A stretch of DNA of 64,000 bases, taken from a virus (taxonomy: Duplodnaviria; Heunggongvirae; Uroviricota; Caudoviricetes). The notes under the pieces are model-generated. The model had not been told where the DNA came from, ran no database searches, and was given only the letters and a program-made list of their open reading frames with translations. The stretch is from IMG/VR virus record IMGVR_UViG_3300028585_000514. One strand, 5' to 3'. Shown piece by piece: positions 36,328 to 46,096 of the stretch (positions are counted from its first letter, which is position 1; every line of letters starts with the position of its first letter). A program made the translations under genes and the position numbers.

Positions 36328-37959
36328 TTAAGGCATCTTAGCGCCGGTTGAAAGAACGCGGACTGGGATGTAGATAAATTCAGCAGCTTTCACTGGCTTT
36401 AGAGCCACATCGCACCATAGTTCGTTGCGATCGATTCGAGTTGCGGTGTTGTTTGAAGCATCGCACAGGGTGACGAAGTCATACAAACCACGCTTAACAA
36501 GAATGTCACCTAGGAAACCATCGACCGAAGCCTTTAGGTTGTCACGGGTGATTTGATCGTTCGGTTCGAATAGGAACGGGAACGCACCTTTACGTAGAGC
36601 ACGCTTGATGTACATTAGTAGACGAGCCACGTTAATACGATCAAGTGAAGATGCAGCTGGAGCTGAAGTCTTCTGACCGAACACAACGAAACCACGGCCT
36701 GGGAAGTACGCGATTGGGTTGATGTTGGTGTAGTACTGGTACAAGTTGTCGCGCTGACCTTGGTTTAGGTTCACTTCAACAAACTTGGTTGGGGTACCTA
36801 GGGTACCGGTCACGTAACCAGTGGTGCTGATGCCAGTCACTAGACCACGACGGACACCTGCTGGAGCGAACCATAGTTCTGCAACACTGTCGGAGTAAGC
36901 GATGGTACGTAGTGCAATACCCGATGATGCGACGAACACATCGATACCGTCTAGGTTTGAAGCTAGAGCGTGTGGGTAGTAGTATGCAACTGACGAGCCG
37001 TTCTTACGAGCAGTGGTCTTACCCCATAGAGCGACATCATCTGCATTCTTGTCGAATGGAGTATCAGCGATAACGAATGCTTCGTCGTTGATCGACTGTG
37101 ATAGCGCTAGCATTTCATCCACAACTTCGTGGTAGCCTGGGCATAGGATTAGGTTGTATTCGTAGGTTTCGGAACGCACTTCTTGGTTGCTGTTGATTTC
37201 AGCTTGTAGAGCGGTCACGATAGCAACGCGCTTAGCAGCATCATTAGCACCTAGCTCTGAACCAACAGTTGATTCGACTAGTTGAACTTCGAAATTGTCG
37301 CCAACTTCAAAATCGGTTTCGCCACGAGTGATCTCGAATGAAATCATACCGTTGTCGTATAGACGACCAGCGCGAGCTTGTAGATCGCTAACGCCGGACA
37401 CTGAACCGGTCACGCTGAATTCTTCGATGCCGTCGCCGGTCGAGATGCAGGTTAGGTTCCAGATTTCAGCAGTCTTATTTTCGCCGTTAACAGCGAAGTC
37501 GACCAAGTCACCTTTTGGTAGTTCGGATGCGCCAGAAACGCTAGTGAAAGTTGCATCGCCAGCGACGATCGCGGTTAGCGGTTTGTCAGCTAGGTCAACA
37601 TCTGCACGAACTGCGTAGCATAGGTTACCGATACCCAAGAACTGGGTCATAGCCATTAGGCCATATTCATTGCGTGCATCGCCGTGTAGCTGACGACGTT
37701 GTGAAACTGGTAGAGTCGAATCTTCTGCCGCGGTACGGAAGGCAGGCACGCCATATGACTGGGTCAATTGGCCGATTGACGTAATGGTGCGAACAACTGA
37801 ATGTTCGTTGGTGTATGCGGCTGTTGACACGCCATCTGGTTGCTTCTTGTTCGCTTGAGTTGCGATAAAGAACAATGGCACGGTAGGCGCGGACACTGGG
37901 ATGAAAAAGCTTTCATCAATGATGGTCACGCTTACGCCAGCACTTACTAAAGTAGCCAT
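36328..37959 (-). CDS. Contractile tail sheath protein (gp18-like)
   Basis: LVSAGVSVTIIDES, WFAPAGVRRG, GQKT, DRINVARL, FEPND, KPVKAAEFIYI. Confidence 0.95.
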   Translation of the reverse strand: MATLVSAGVSVTIIDESFFIPVSAPTVPLFFIATQANKKQPDGVSTAAYTNEHSVVRTITSIGQLTQSYGVPAFRTAAEDSTLPVSQRRQLHGDARNEYGLMAMTQFLGIGNLCYAVRADVDLADKPLTAIVAGDATFTSVSGASELPKGDLVDFAVNGENKTAEIWNLTCISTGDGIEEFSVTGSVSGVSDLQARAGRLYDNGMISFEITRGETDFEVGDNFEVQLVESTVGSELGANDAAKRVAIVTALQAEINSNQEVRSETYEYNLILCPGYHEVVDEMLALSQSINDEAFVIADTPFDKNADDVALWGKTTARKNGSSVAYYYPHALASNLDGIDVFVASSGIALRTIAYSDSVAELWFAPAGVRRGLVTGISTTGYVTGTLGTPTKFVEVNLNQGQRDNLYQYYTNINPIAYFPGRGFVVFGQKTSAPAASSLDRINVARLLMYIKRALRKGAFPFLFEPNDQITRDNLKASVDGFLGDILVKRGLYDFVTLCDASNNTATRIDRNELWCDVALKPVKAAEFIYIPVRVLSTGAKMP

Positions 37960-37992
37960 GTTAAATCTCCTTGTTTATGTTTCGCACATTAG

Positions 37993-38055
37993 GTGCACGA
38001 ATTCTCATTACTCTTTCATTCTATTTATTAAATTACAAGAATTCGTGCACGAATT
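37993..38055 (-). promoter_or_regulatory. Late promoter AATAAATA (38022-38029) between 13-bp inverted repeats
   Basis: gtgcacgaattct / agaattcgtgcac; 38040-38055 is a perfect palindrome. Confidence 0.6.
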
Positions 38056-38064
38056 AGCGGTAGA

Positions 38065-38820
38065 TTATGGTATGTTGCCGTCAAGCTCCATTGATCCCCA
38101 AACCTCACCAGAGAATGGCATAAGGTCGCCGGATGAATCGTATTCGTTCAATGCAAAACCATCGAGATCACCAAAGCGCATAACGATCTTCTTGACGAGA
38201 TTTTCTTTCAAATCCATTGGTGGAGTAATCCACGATTCCATGCGGAAGTTCAAAGTCCAAACGATCATTCGTTTCTCTGTACCGATTGGATAATTCTCCT
38301 CTTGCTGAACACTCAAGAGTTCCACATTAGTTTGACGTGACCAGTCATATGGTGAATCGTTCGTCTGAATCTGTAGCGTCGGATCAAAGATGATCAGAAT
38401 CTGTTCAAGAATCTGGAACATTTGATCCATGTTCGACGAGTAAATTGCCAACTCAAAGGTCAAGTTGTACGGGATCGGCATGTAGCGTTCCATGACTTTC
38501 AAGTCTTGTGGATACACGCCGCCTTGTGGCATGATGGTTTTACGCTCGGTCATGCCAACGCCTTTGCGACGTTCTGGGGCCAACTCAACCTCCAACAAGT
38601 ATGTTGACATCACTGGGAGAGTCAACATCTTGTTTTGGGTAAAGCCATTTGATACTGCAGCCACCACGCGGTCGATTGAACCATAGCGAACTGGTACCTC
38701 TAGCGCGTGACGTTCACCATCTTCACGAACACCAGTCAGAACTTGTAAGCCTGAAAAGATGGACGAGAACTGTGTGATGGCTCTCTTAAACTGCTCGTTG
38801 TAGTAGTAGGATGTAATCAT
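38065..38820 (-). CDS. Tail terminator/sheath stabiliser (gp15-like)
   Basis: YYYNEQFKRAITQF, VPVRYG, PIPYNL, QILEQILIIFDP. Confidence 0.85.
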   Translation of the reverse strand: MITSYYYNEQFKRAITQFSSIFSGLQVLTGVREDGERHALEVPVRYGSIDRVVAAVSNGFTQNKMLTLPVMSTYLLEVELAPERRKGVGMTERKTIMPQGGVYPQDLKVMERYMPIPYNLTFELAIYSSNMDQMFQILEQILIIFDPTLQIQTNDSPYDWSRQTNVELLSVQQEENYPIGTEKRMIVWTLNFRMESWITPPMDLKENLVKKIVMRFGDLDGFALNEYDSSGDLMPFSGEVWGSMELDGNIP

Positions 38821-40316
38821 ACTTTCTCCGTAATGTCTCTCTTAGTTGTTGATTCTAGTTTCGCACGGATCGAAGGACGATACGACGATTGCTCCATTCG
38901 GCGATCAGTCTCGAGGTAAATCCAACGATTCTTCACGTGGTTCCATTGGAATAGTTTTGGCGGCAAGCGGTGATCATCCGGATAAGTCATGCGATGGAAG
39001 TCATCATTCTTTGGCTTCTCTGGGAACTTAGGTCCTTCGGTGAATGGTGCATTGTTTGGCGGCATACCATCTTCGACACCATAGTCGCGGCCGTCGTAGG
39101 AACCCTTCTCGTTGAACAAGTTCATGCCGCTCTGCAACTCACTGGTATCAGCACCAGTCTCTGGCACATCGTCAATAGCCTTCTTGAAGATCGCTTCAGT
39201 CGACTCTTGACCAAGCATATTCAACGGCGAATCGTTTGCCATAAAGTCAGCATCAACCAAAGTGTCGTAGCCTTTGTTTGACTTGAACAAGTCCATATTC
39301 TCTTGGGACGCAATCGCTGGGGTTGCAGTAAAGCGGAACAAAATAGGCTTCCAACCTGGCGCATAGCCATCAATCGCCCACGTGGTATCAATGACTTCAA
39401 GCCATTTGCGAACACCATTCAGCTTCGCGTCGTATTGCATTTCGTTAGGCAGTTCGATGATGTCACCCATGACCACAGGACGTCCTAGGAGCTCCACCAT
39501 GCGCGCGAACGAAACAGTGAAGATGTATTGCTGAGGAAGATCGATACCGAACTTCGTGAGCTCTGTTTGAACGTCGATCAAGTCATAGTGAGCACGCAAT
39601 TGGATTGAGATGTCTGCATAGTCTCGATCACGATTCTCCAAGAAGATCATGTCTTGGATGTTGTCCAAATTGGTTTGGGTGTAGTTCATGAATTGTAGGT
39701 GAACAACCTCCCATGAATCGGTAGGGCCGCCAGCAAAGTAGATTGGGACGATACGCCAGATTTGGGATGGCGCAGATTGGCGCAGGGCGATCGTCTCGAG
39801 CTCGCCCGAGTTAGGCAAGTTGAATACGTCTGCCCTCTTCCAAGTCACCCCTCCGTCGTCTGAACGTTCCAGGCGTGCTTGCAATACACGCTTTGCCGGA
39901 TCAGCGCTCTGCTTGATACGAAGGGTCGTAATCTCTTGACGAACGGGTGCTGCTGGTGCATAGCGTTCTGTACCCATCAAGTTCTTCTTGGTGCCGAAGT
40001 TGTAACCAAGGAATGATTGAAGAACTTGTTCGCCGGTTTGTGCCGATGCCCAAGGTGCATCGTTAGCGTTGAATGCATCGCCAACCAAAGTGCCTGGCGT
40101 AGAGCCGGACGAAATTGGATTACCTGATCCGGTCAGGTCTTGTAGTTGGCCTTGCTCGTGGACGCCAAGCATACGGAAAACATTGACCTTAGCACCAGAG
40201 ATTTCTAGTGCTTGCGCAGCCACGTTTTCCATATAAGCGGTATCTCTACCGCCACATGCATCCGAGTTAAGGTCCCAAGTACCAAGTTCAATTGTAGGTG
40301 CTTGATATTGAGTCAT
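38817..40316 (-). CDS. Neck protein (gp14-like) with discoidin-like insertion
   Basis: IQDMIFLENRDRDY, LTKFGI, LGRPVVMGDIIELP; position between gp13-like and gp15-like genes. Confidence 0.65.
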   Translation of the reverse strand: MTQYQAPTIELGTWDLNSDACGGRDTAYMENVAAQALEISGAKVNVFRMLGVHEQGQLQDLTGSGNPISSGSTPGTLVGDAFNANDAPWASAQTGEQVLQSFLGYNFGTKKNLMGTERYAPAAPVRQEITTLRIKQSADPAKRVLQARLERSDDGGVTWKRADVFNLPNSGELETIALRQSAPSQIWRIVPIYFAGGPTDSWEVVHLQFMNYTQTNLDNIQDMIFLENRDRDYADISIQLRAHYDLIDVQTELTKFGIDLPQQYIFTVSFARMVELLGRPVVMGDIIELPNEMQYDAKLNGVRKWLEVIDTTWAIDGYAPGWKPILFRFTATPAIASQENMDLFKSNKGYDTLVDADFMANDSPLNMLGQESTEAIFKKAIDDVPETGADTSELQSGMNLFNEKGSYDGRDYGVEDGMPPNNAPFTEGPKFPEKPKNDDFHRMTYPDDHRLPPKLFQWNHVKNRWIYLETDRRMEQSSYRPSIRAKLESTTKRDITEKV

Positions 40317-40326
40317 TTTGTTTCCT

Positions 40327-40671
40327 TTATTTTGGGAGTCTTACCATTTCAGGCCATGTCGTTTTTTCGAATCCATTCTTCCGGTACAGTGAAACTAGAC
40401 GATCAAAGTCCGTATCCTCATCAGGAAGAATATTCAAACGCAGCTTGTAGCCATGTTCGTCTGCATACTTAGTGACAGCGGCCATCAACTCTCGAGCGCC
40501 GCCTTGACCACGAGTGTCATCTGGAGTTTCCACATTTGTCAGCAACATGAATTCGCCTTGATCGACTAGCTCCGCAGTGGAGCCAGTCTTATCATGCTGA
40601 AAGTATGTTCGGTCTTTGTGTTTTGTACCTGGTCTGATTGTCACCGATTCAAGAAGTTCAGCAAGCTTCAT
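40327..40671 (-). CDS. GNAT-family acetyltransferase
   Basis: VETPDDTRGQGGARELM acetyl-CoA motif, LVSLYRKNGF. Confidence 0.85.
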   Translation of the reverse strand: MKLAELLESVTIRPGTKHKDRTYFQHDKTGSTAELVDQGEFMLLTNVETPDDTRGQGGARELMAAVTKYADEHGYKLRLNILPDEDTDFDRLVSLYRKNGFEKTTWPEMVRLPK

Positions 40672-40673
40672 GA

Positions 40674-42152
40674 TCAACCCATCATGAATGAGTAGTTACC
40701 GAATGTTGCACCACCGTTACCAACTTCGAAGTCCATGATTTGGCGTAGCAATTCCGTTTGGTCCTCACGAGCTTCAGCTAGAAGTTCAGAGCCATTTAGT
40801 GATACGCCACCACCAGCACCCGGCAATGATTGATATTTAGCGCGAATGTGTCCAAGCATCATCTTGACTTCGGATGAAGCCCAACCTTGTAGCCACTGAG
40901 TTGCATAACGATCGACTAGCAATTCTTGTTCAGTACGTTCGCCGACGCATTCGATTAGTAGACGTTCATCAGCTTGTAGGCGACGCAGTAGTTGCATTTG
41001 GCGTGAAGCTTCATTCCAACGGAAGCCAATCTCACCAGCGAAGATTTGTGAGAACTGTTCCGCATATGCGTTGACCAAGTGGATCGATGTTAGATCGACA
41101 ACGCCAGGTGCATACATTTGCTGCAAGAATGATTGGCCGTAAATGCCATCTTGACCAGCAGCGATTAGGCCTAGACCAGAGACACGGTGAACCTTGATGA
41201 TGTCGACGATACGATTGGTGCCAGTGACTGGATCATTTAGGTAGTAAATGTCTTGATGCTTCTTTGCTGGGATCGTGAAGTAACGAAGGTTATATGCGTT
41301 GTCGCAACGGCGACGGAACTCTTCAAGAGCATTGTCGATAGCAAGTTGGAAGCTGCCTTCATCCAGCTCGACGCACAGAGTTGGCCAACCCATTTGGCGC
41401 TTGACGTTATTGATCAGCTTAGCACGTTCATCGCTCGAGCCATCGGTGCCGGCTGGCTTTTGGGTTAGTGGCAGACCTTCGTTTGCGGTGTTCGCTTGAT
41501 TGAACTTGGTGCCATCGAAGCAGTAAAGCTTTTCGGTGATCTTGTTGTAGAAGAATTGGCCGACCTGTGCGTTCTTTGGTTCTTCATTTGCAACGATGGT
41601 AGTACCGACGCCAGCCGGAACCCATGTGCCACCGGCCCACATCGTTACCTTACCGGTCTGGGTGTTGTAGTACACCTGACCCATGGTTGGATTTAGAGGC
41701 GGCAGGGAAGCGGACGGGATGTCGCCTGAGAAGGTGCTAGTAGTCTGCTTCTGAATGAAGCTAGGGCGGCCATTAGTGAAGTACTGGAGTGTATTCGTAA
41801 CAGCATGTCCCAACGCAAAGTAGACATCGTCCGGGTCAAGGTTGATGACGTTGACCGAGTTGGTGATCTTGTCGCCGTAGAGAGCACAGACAACAGGCGC
41901 ATTGCCGATCGAATCATTAAGAGCTACAAGATTTTGGGATGCAGTGTATCGCTTTCCGTCTACCGGAAAGTTTGATGGTGTTTGTGCTGAAGTCTTTAGG
42001 GTGGCGACGAAGCCGTCGTACCAGTACAAGTCTTTTGGGAGATTCCAGCTGATGGTGCCGGTGGTAGGAGAAGTTCTAGTGAATGTAACTAGAATGTCTG
42101 AACCTTCGATGTTTAGCGAATCTTCGTCCGCATTCTTTTCTGGATCGATCAT
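40674..42152 (-). CDS. Neck protein (gp13-like) with N-terminal extension
   Basis: MGWPTLCVELD, KMMLGHIRAKYQSLPGAGGGVSLNGSELL. Confidence 0.75.
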   Translation of the reverse strand: MIDPEKNADEDSLNIEGSDILVTFTRTSPTTGTISWNLPKDLYWYDGFVATLKTSAQTPSNFPVDGKRYTASQNLVALNDSIGNAPVVCALYGDKITNSVNVINLDPDDVYFALGHAVTNTLQYFTNGRPSFIQKQTTSTFSGDIPSASLPPLNPTMGQVYYNTQTGKVTMWAGGTWVPAGVGTTIVANEEPKNAQVGQFFYNKITEKLYCFDGTKFNQANTANEGLPLTQKPAGTDGSSDERAKLINNVKRQMGWPTLCVELDEGSFQLAIDNALEEFRRRCDNAYNLRYFTIPAKKHQDIYYLNDPVTGTNRIVDIIKVHRVSGLGLIAAGQDGIYGQSFLQQMYAPGVVDLTSIHLVNAYAEQFSQIFAGEIGFRWNEASRQMQLLRRLQADERLLIECVGERTEQELLVDRYATQWLQGWASSEVKMMLGHIRAKYQSLPGAGGGVSLNGSELLAEAREDQTELLRQIMDFEVGNGGATFGNYSFMMG

Positions 42153-42181
42153 ATGTTCCTTCTTTCGGTTTTAAGTCGTTG

Positions 42182-42198
42182 GATAAATAATATTTATC
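42182..42198. promoter_or_regulatory. Two opposed late promoters forming palindrome GATAAATA-A-TATTTATC
   Basis: Lies between divergent genes. Confidence 0.6.
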
Positions 42199-42235
42199 GA
42201 CAACATACTTAAACGGCGAGAGCCATGGAGACAAT

Positions 42236-42874
42236 ATGAAACTAGAACTAATGATAGAGCTTCTAAGCGAAGCCGCGCAAGAAGCACGCTCGTTTGACAT
42301 CCAAGAAATCGTCAAGACCTTCAAAAACAAGGCTGACATCGAGAAACACCTACGTAAGCTATGGGGCAGCAAGCACCTAACCTTCCGTGGTCAACCATTC
42401 TTCGCGAATGATCAAGACGGCGCAGTGATCAAAGGCGCTAAGAAAGCAGTCGATCGCGAACTCAAAGGTACGATTGACATCGACCTAGAATATAAGTCTG
42501 AGCAAGACGTTTTCGACATCACGGTTGATGAGGTCAAACTAGTTTACATGGGTTACTCACAGAGCAACGATATGCTTTACCTGGGCTACGACGTCTGGAT
42601 GAATGGTGAAGAAATCGAAAATGCTTTTGACAAGCTTTACGAGAAAGAGACTGGCGAAGAGTTCAACATCGACGATCCAGAAATGGAAAAGGAATTTATG
42701 GCTTGGCGCAAGAAGTACGATGCATTCTTCGGCGCTCTAGTTGAAGTTCGTTCGGATGATGGTAAGAGATTTGAGGCCGACCTACTACACGCAGACGCTG
42801 GTGGATTCTACAAAGGTATCGCCAAAGGATACCAGTACAAGTCGATGAAGCTGATCGACCTAATGAATTCCTAA
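42236..42874 (+). CDS. Hypothetical late protein (possible internal head protein)
   Basis: GGAG RBS; MKLELMIELLSEA. Confidence 0.8.
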   Translation: MKLELMIELLSEAAQEARSFDIQEIVKTFKNKADIEKHLRKLWGSKHLTFRGQPFFANDQDGAVIKGAKKAVDRELKGTIDIDLEYKSEQDVFDITVDEVKLVYMGYSQSNDMLYLGYDVWMNGEEIENAFDKLYEKETGEEFNIDDPEMEKEFMAWRKKYDAFFGALVEVRSDDGKRFEADLLHADAGGFYKGIAKGYQYKSMKLIDLMNS

Positions 42875-42888
42875 TTCTTAGGAGAAAC

Positions 42889-42921
42889 AAAAATGGGACC
42901 CACTGGGTCCCATTTCTTTTT
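42889..42921. terminator. Bidirectional terminator
   Basis: aaatgggaccc / gggtcccattt between convergent genes. Confidence 0.75.
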
Positions 42922-42936
42922 GTCGGACGACTTGGC

Positions 42937-43599
42937 TTATGCTGCTGCCGACGCTTCCGGTGCGTTGGCTGGCTGGGTCGCTTCTGGTGCTGCCACCAGA
43001 CCGAAGCCGTTCGGGAAGTGCTTGGCGATTTCCGGCTTCATCGGGGTGCCGTCCTTCGGCTGGAACTGGAAGGTCTTGGCATCCTTGTCCTTGACCAGGT
43101 TCATGACGAAGCGGTCGTTCTGGGCGCGGAGGATCGAGATGTACTGGTGGGCGATCTTCTCGGTCACGTTGCACTTCTCCATCAGTTCCTTGACGGTGTA
43201 GATTTTGAAGGCGGAGCCGTCTTCGGTCTTCTCGAGGAAGGCACGCTTCATTTTCTGCAGAGCCGAGTCGCGCTCTTTACGCGGTGCCGGGTCCTTCTTG
43301 GCAGCTTCGGCGAGCTTGGCCTGTTCGGTTTCGTCGAGCTGGACCAGCTTGGTCACGTCCATGGCTTCCAGGGCGGCCATCACCTTTTCGATGGCTTTGT
43401 CCTTGGCGATCGAGAACTTCTTGTTCTCCTTGCCGGTCGCGTTGTTGTAGATCGTGGTGAGTTGCGCCAGGCTCAGCGCTTCCATGTCCTTGCCGGTCTT
43501 GACGGCGATCGCATCATTCAGCTGGATGTTCTTCACGTTGGCGACGATGCCGCTGATCGAACCGGTTGCCGAGATGATGAAGGTGGTTGCTTTAGCCAT
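42937..43599 (-). CDS. Lys/Ala-rich protein with probable C-terminal winged helix
   Basis: YTVKELMEKCNVTEKIAHQYISILR; AAGGAG RBS; early promoter at 43665-43693. Confidence 0.7.
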   Translation of the reverse strand: MAKATTFIISATGSISGIVANVKNIQLNDAIAVKTGKDMEALSLAQLTTIYNNATGKENKKFSIAKDKAIEKVMAALEAMDVTKLVQLDETEQAKLAEAAKKDPAPRKERDSALQKMKRAFLEKTEDGSAFKIYTVKELMEKCNVTEKIAHQYISILRAQNDRFVMNLVKDKDAKTFQFQPKDGTPMKPEIAKHFPNGFGLVAAPEATQPANAPEASAAA

Positions 43600-43771
43600 G
43601 GTGAAACTCCTTAAAAAGATTTAGATTTGGATTCGAACTTGTTTTTGTTTCAGATCATGTTGTTATAGTACCATGACCTTTTTAGCTTGTACACTGCTTT
43701 TTGAAACTTTTCTCACCGCACTTTTTTGATACAGGTTGAAGTCATCCCCAACCCATATCTTTACGCATTAC

Positions 43772-44131
43772 TTAGCTCGTGACTTTCAGCTGGTCCAGGG
43801 TTTTGCCATCGGCCAGGGCAGCGTTCACCCATTTCGGGCGAGCACCGCGGCCGGTCCAGGTTTGGGTTGCGTCGGTTGGGTTGCGGAACTTGACTTCGGC
43901 CGCTGCACGGGATTGGGTCACCGCCTTGGTGCCGAGGATTTCGGAGAGTGGCAGGCCGATGCGGTTCGCGATTTCACGGATTTGTTCACGGGCCTGGTTC
44001 ACTTCACGAACTTCGGCTTGGGTGATGCGCTGGTCGATCATCATGCGGAGTTGCTTCAGATCGGACGAATTCAGCGCCAGGGTGTCGAGGTTGGAAGCCA
44101 GTTGTGCTACCGCTTGCGACGTTTGTGTCAT
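43772..44131 (-). CDS. hns: H-NS family nucleoid protein
   Basis: N-terminal coiled coil and KFRNPTDATQTWTGRGARPKWV signature; start ATG 44131 after GGAG. Confidence 0.9.
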   Translation of the reverse strand: MTQTSQAVAQLASNLDTLALNSSDLKQLRMMIDQRITQAEVREVNQAREQIREIANRIGLPLSEILGTKAVTQSRAAAEVKFRNPTDATQTWTGRGARPKWVNAALADGKTLDQLKVTS

Positions 44132-44178
44132 TTCGCTTCTCCTATTAGATTCATCATTTGGTTCGACGTTCATGTTGT

Positions 44179-44217
44179 CGATGTAGCTATATTATCCAGT
44201 CGTTTTCATTCTGTACA
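44179..44217 (-). promoter_or_regulatory. Phage early promoter
   Basis: TGTACA-N17-TAATAT-AGCTACATCG. Confidence 0.75.
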
Positions 44218-44280
44218 CTGGAAAATGCAAAAGGCCCTTAAATTTCTTTAAGGGCCTTTCTTGTATCTATATAGACACAA

Positions 44281-44478
44281 TTAGTACAGAGTGTCTTCTT
44301 TCAGGTTCGACTGGTCGTAGGCGATCATCATCAGAAGGATCGGCCAGATCAGGACAACAGCGAAGTTGTCTTCACAGTCACGAGCCAGCTTACAATGCTT
44401 GACCCGCTTGAAGATGCGCATCACTCCATAGCCAAGTGACGCATGCATGAATGCCCAAAGGACTAGAAACAGTTCCAT
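44281..44478 (-). CDS. Small membrane protein
   Basis: Two hydrophobic segments. Confidence 0.55.
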   Translation of the reverse strand: MELFLVLWAFMHASLGYGVMRIFKRVKHCKLARDCEDNFAVVLIWPILLMMIAYDQSNLKEDTLY

Positions 44479-44479
44479 A

Positions 44480-45538
44480 TTAACCTTGATTGTTGTATTT
44501 CTCGATATACCACTTACGAGCTTTGTTGGCGATAGGACCACCAAGCTTCTTCGGGTCCAGTTGGTTTGCCACGATGGTATCGGTCTCTTCTTTCACCACG
44601 TCATTGAAGACCCAGCGAATGAAGTCACCCATCGAAGTCATATCGAATGGCTTCAGCTGTTCATTGACCAAGTTCTGGAGACCTTGTTCCAGGCGAGCTT
44701 CGGTCACTGCCATCTCGACAAAGTCTTCCATCTGCTTGATGGCTTCGACATCGACTGCCGCCAGGACCTTGACCTTCGAAGCCGAGTGTTTCTCACCCTT
44801 GACCTTGAACCAGTAGGTCGACTTGCGCCAGCCTTCTTCTTGACACGACCAAACGATGCCTTCGCCGACACCTTCCTTACCGAAGTACTTACCAGCTGGG
44901 CAGGCTTCTTCGACCTTCATGGTCATCTCGATCAGCCGGTTCTGGACTTCATGTGGCTTGGCAAAGTCGATTTCAGCTTCGAATGAACCAAACTCGAGCA
45001 CATTGTAAATGTGATCTTCATGGGACACGATGTCCTTGACGGTTTCCAGGTCGATCCACATTGCGCCGTTGCCATCTTCATCTTCGCTACCGAAAATGAA
45101 CTTGACAGCAAAGATCACAAACATCTTTGGAAGACCAGAGATGGCGATACCTTTCTGGATGTTGCTGCCGCACCATTCACCGAAGATCACGACCTTGGTC
45201 GGCTCGGTTTCCAGGTTGGAGCGAACGACCATGTGATCAGCCATATGCCACAACGCTTCTTTCTTGCTCTCCATATAGAGAGCGAAGCCGGCATTGTCCG
45301 AGGTAATCGTCAGTTCACGTTCACGAGATTGGAACGACAGTTCGCGAGATTCACGATCGACGACGATACCCGAGTTGGTGCCGTGAAGCTTAACCGTACC
45401 ACGAAACTTCAGCTTCGGTAGAACGGCATCGCGATTGAAGACCGGTTCGCCAGCCGCATCACGACCGGCCCACTGAGCGCGGTGAGTAACGTTCTTAATG
45501 ACGTTACGGAATTGTTCAATAGAAGGGAAACGAATCAT
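44480..45538 (-). CDS. RNA ligase (Rnl2-like)
   Basis: Motif I KLHGTN, QSR, FGEWCG, GEGIVW, FKVKG. Confidence 0.8.
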   Translation of the reverse strand: MIRFPSIEQFRNVIKNVTHRAQWAGRDAAGEPVFNRDAVLPKLKFRGTVKLHGTNSGIVVDRESRELSFQSRERELTITSDNAGFALYMESKKEALWHMADHMVVRSNLETEPTKVVIFGEWCGSNIQKGIAISGLPKMFVIFAVKFIFGSEDEDGNGAMWIDLETVKDIVSHEDHIYNVLEFGSFEAEIDFAKPHEVQNRLIEMTMKVEEACPAGKYFGKEGVGEGIVWSCQEEGWRKSTYWFKVKGEKHSASKVKVLAAVDVEAIKQMEDFVEMAVTEARLEQGLQNLVNEQLKPFDMTSMGDFIRWVFNDVVKEETDTIVANQLDPKKLGGPIANKARKWYIEKYNNQG

Positions 45539-45609
45539 ATTATTCTTCTTTCTTGTTGTTTGTGCCCCGAAAACGTACCGAGCGCATAGGACACTCGGTA
45601 CGTGGGGTA

Positions 45610-45843
45610 TTACTTGGGTGCGTTGTGCTGAGCTTCTTTCGCAGCGAGGATCAAAGCAGTGCCGAGGGCAATCGCAATATCGGGGTCGATGGTGATATCG
45701 ATTTTGCCCCAGTATTCTTCACTTTGGCGATCCGACGTATGGACTCGAACCAAGTCAAGTCCATCGGCATCAGGTCCTACCTCGAGCGATACGCCTTCAC
45801 CATCCAGCCAAACTTTGCGAATGACATCAGTGGTAACGGTCAT
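45610..45843 (-). CDS. Hypothetical protein
   Basis: Operon packing. Confidence 0.6.
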   Translation of the reverse strand: MTVTTDVIRKVWLDGEGVSLEVGPDADGLDLVRVHTSDRQSEEYWGKIDITIDPDIAIALGTALILAAKEAQHNAPK

Positions 45844-45845
45844 GA

Positions 45846-46085
45846 TTACTTGAAGTAGTCAGTCAGGAAATCGATTTCCAGCTGGATGCGAGCTTGTGCG
45901 GTGTTCATACCGGCGCGCTCGAATTCGGAATCGGTTTCGAGGATCGCTTCGGACGAGATGTCGTCATTGCTGACACCTTGCTTACCGAGACGAAGCACGT
46001 TGCGGTCGAAGGCGAATTGGTACGCCTGTTCCAGGTAGTCCAGCTGTTCTTTCAGTTGTGCCAGACGTTCATGCGAGATCAACAT
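45846..46085 (-). CDS. Hypothetical protein
   Basis: Operon packing. Confidence 0.6.
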   Translation of the reverse strand: MLISHERLAQLKEQLDYLEQAYQFAFDRNVLRLGKQGVSNDDISSEAILETDSEFERAGMNTAQARIQLEIDFLTDYFK

Positions 46086-46096
46086 AGGGATTCCTA

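Noticed and set aside
35620-37959. Sheath and tube as a bacterial T6SS or tailocin
   Set aside because: Capsid, scaffold, neck and T4-like replication genes in the same window indicate a phage
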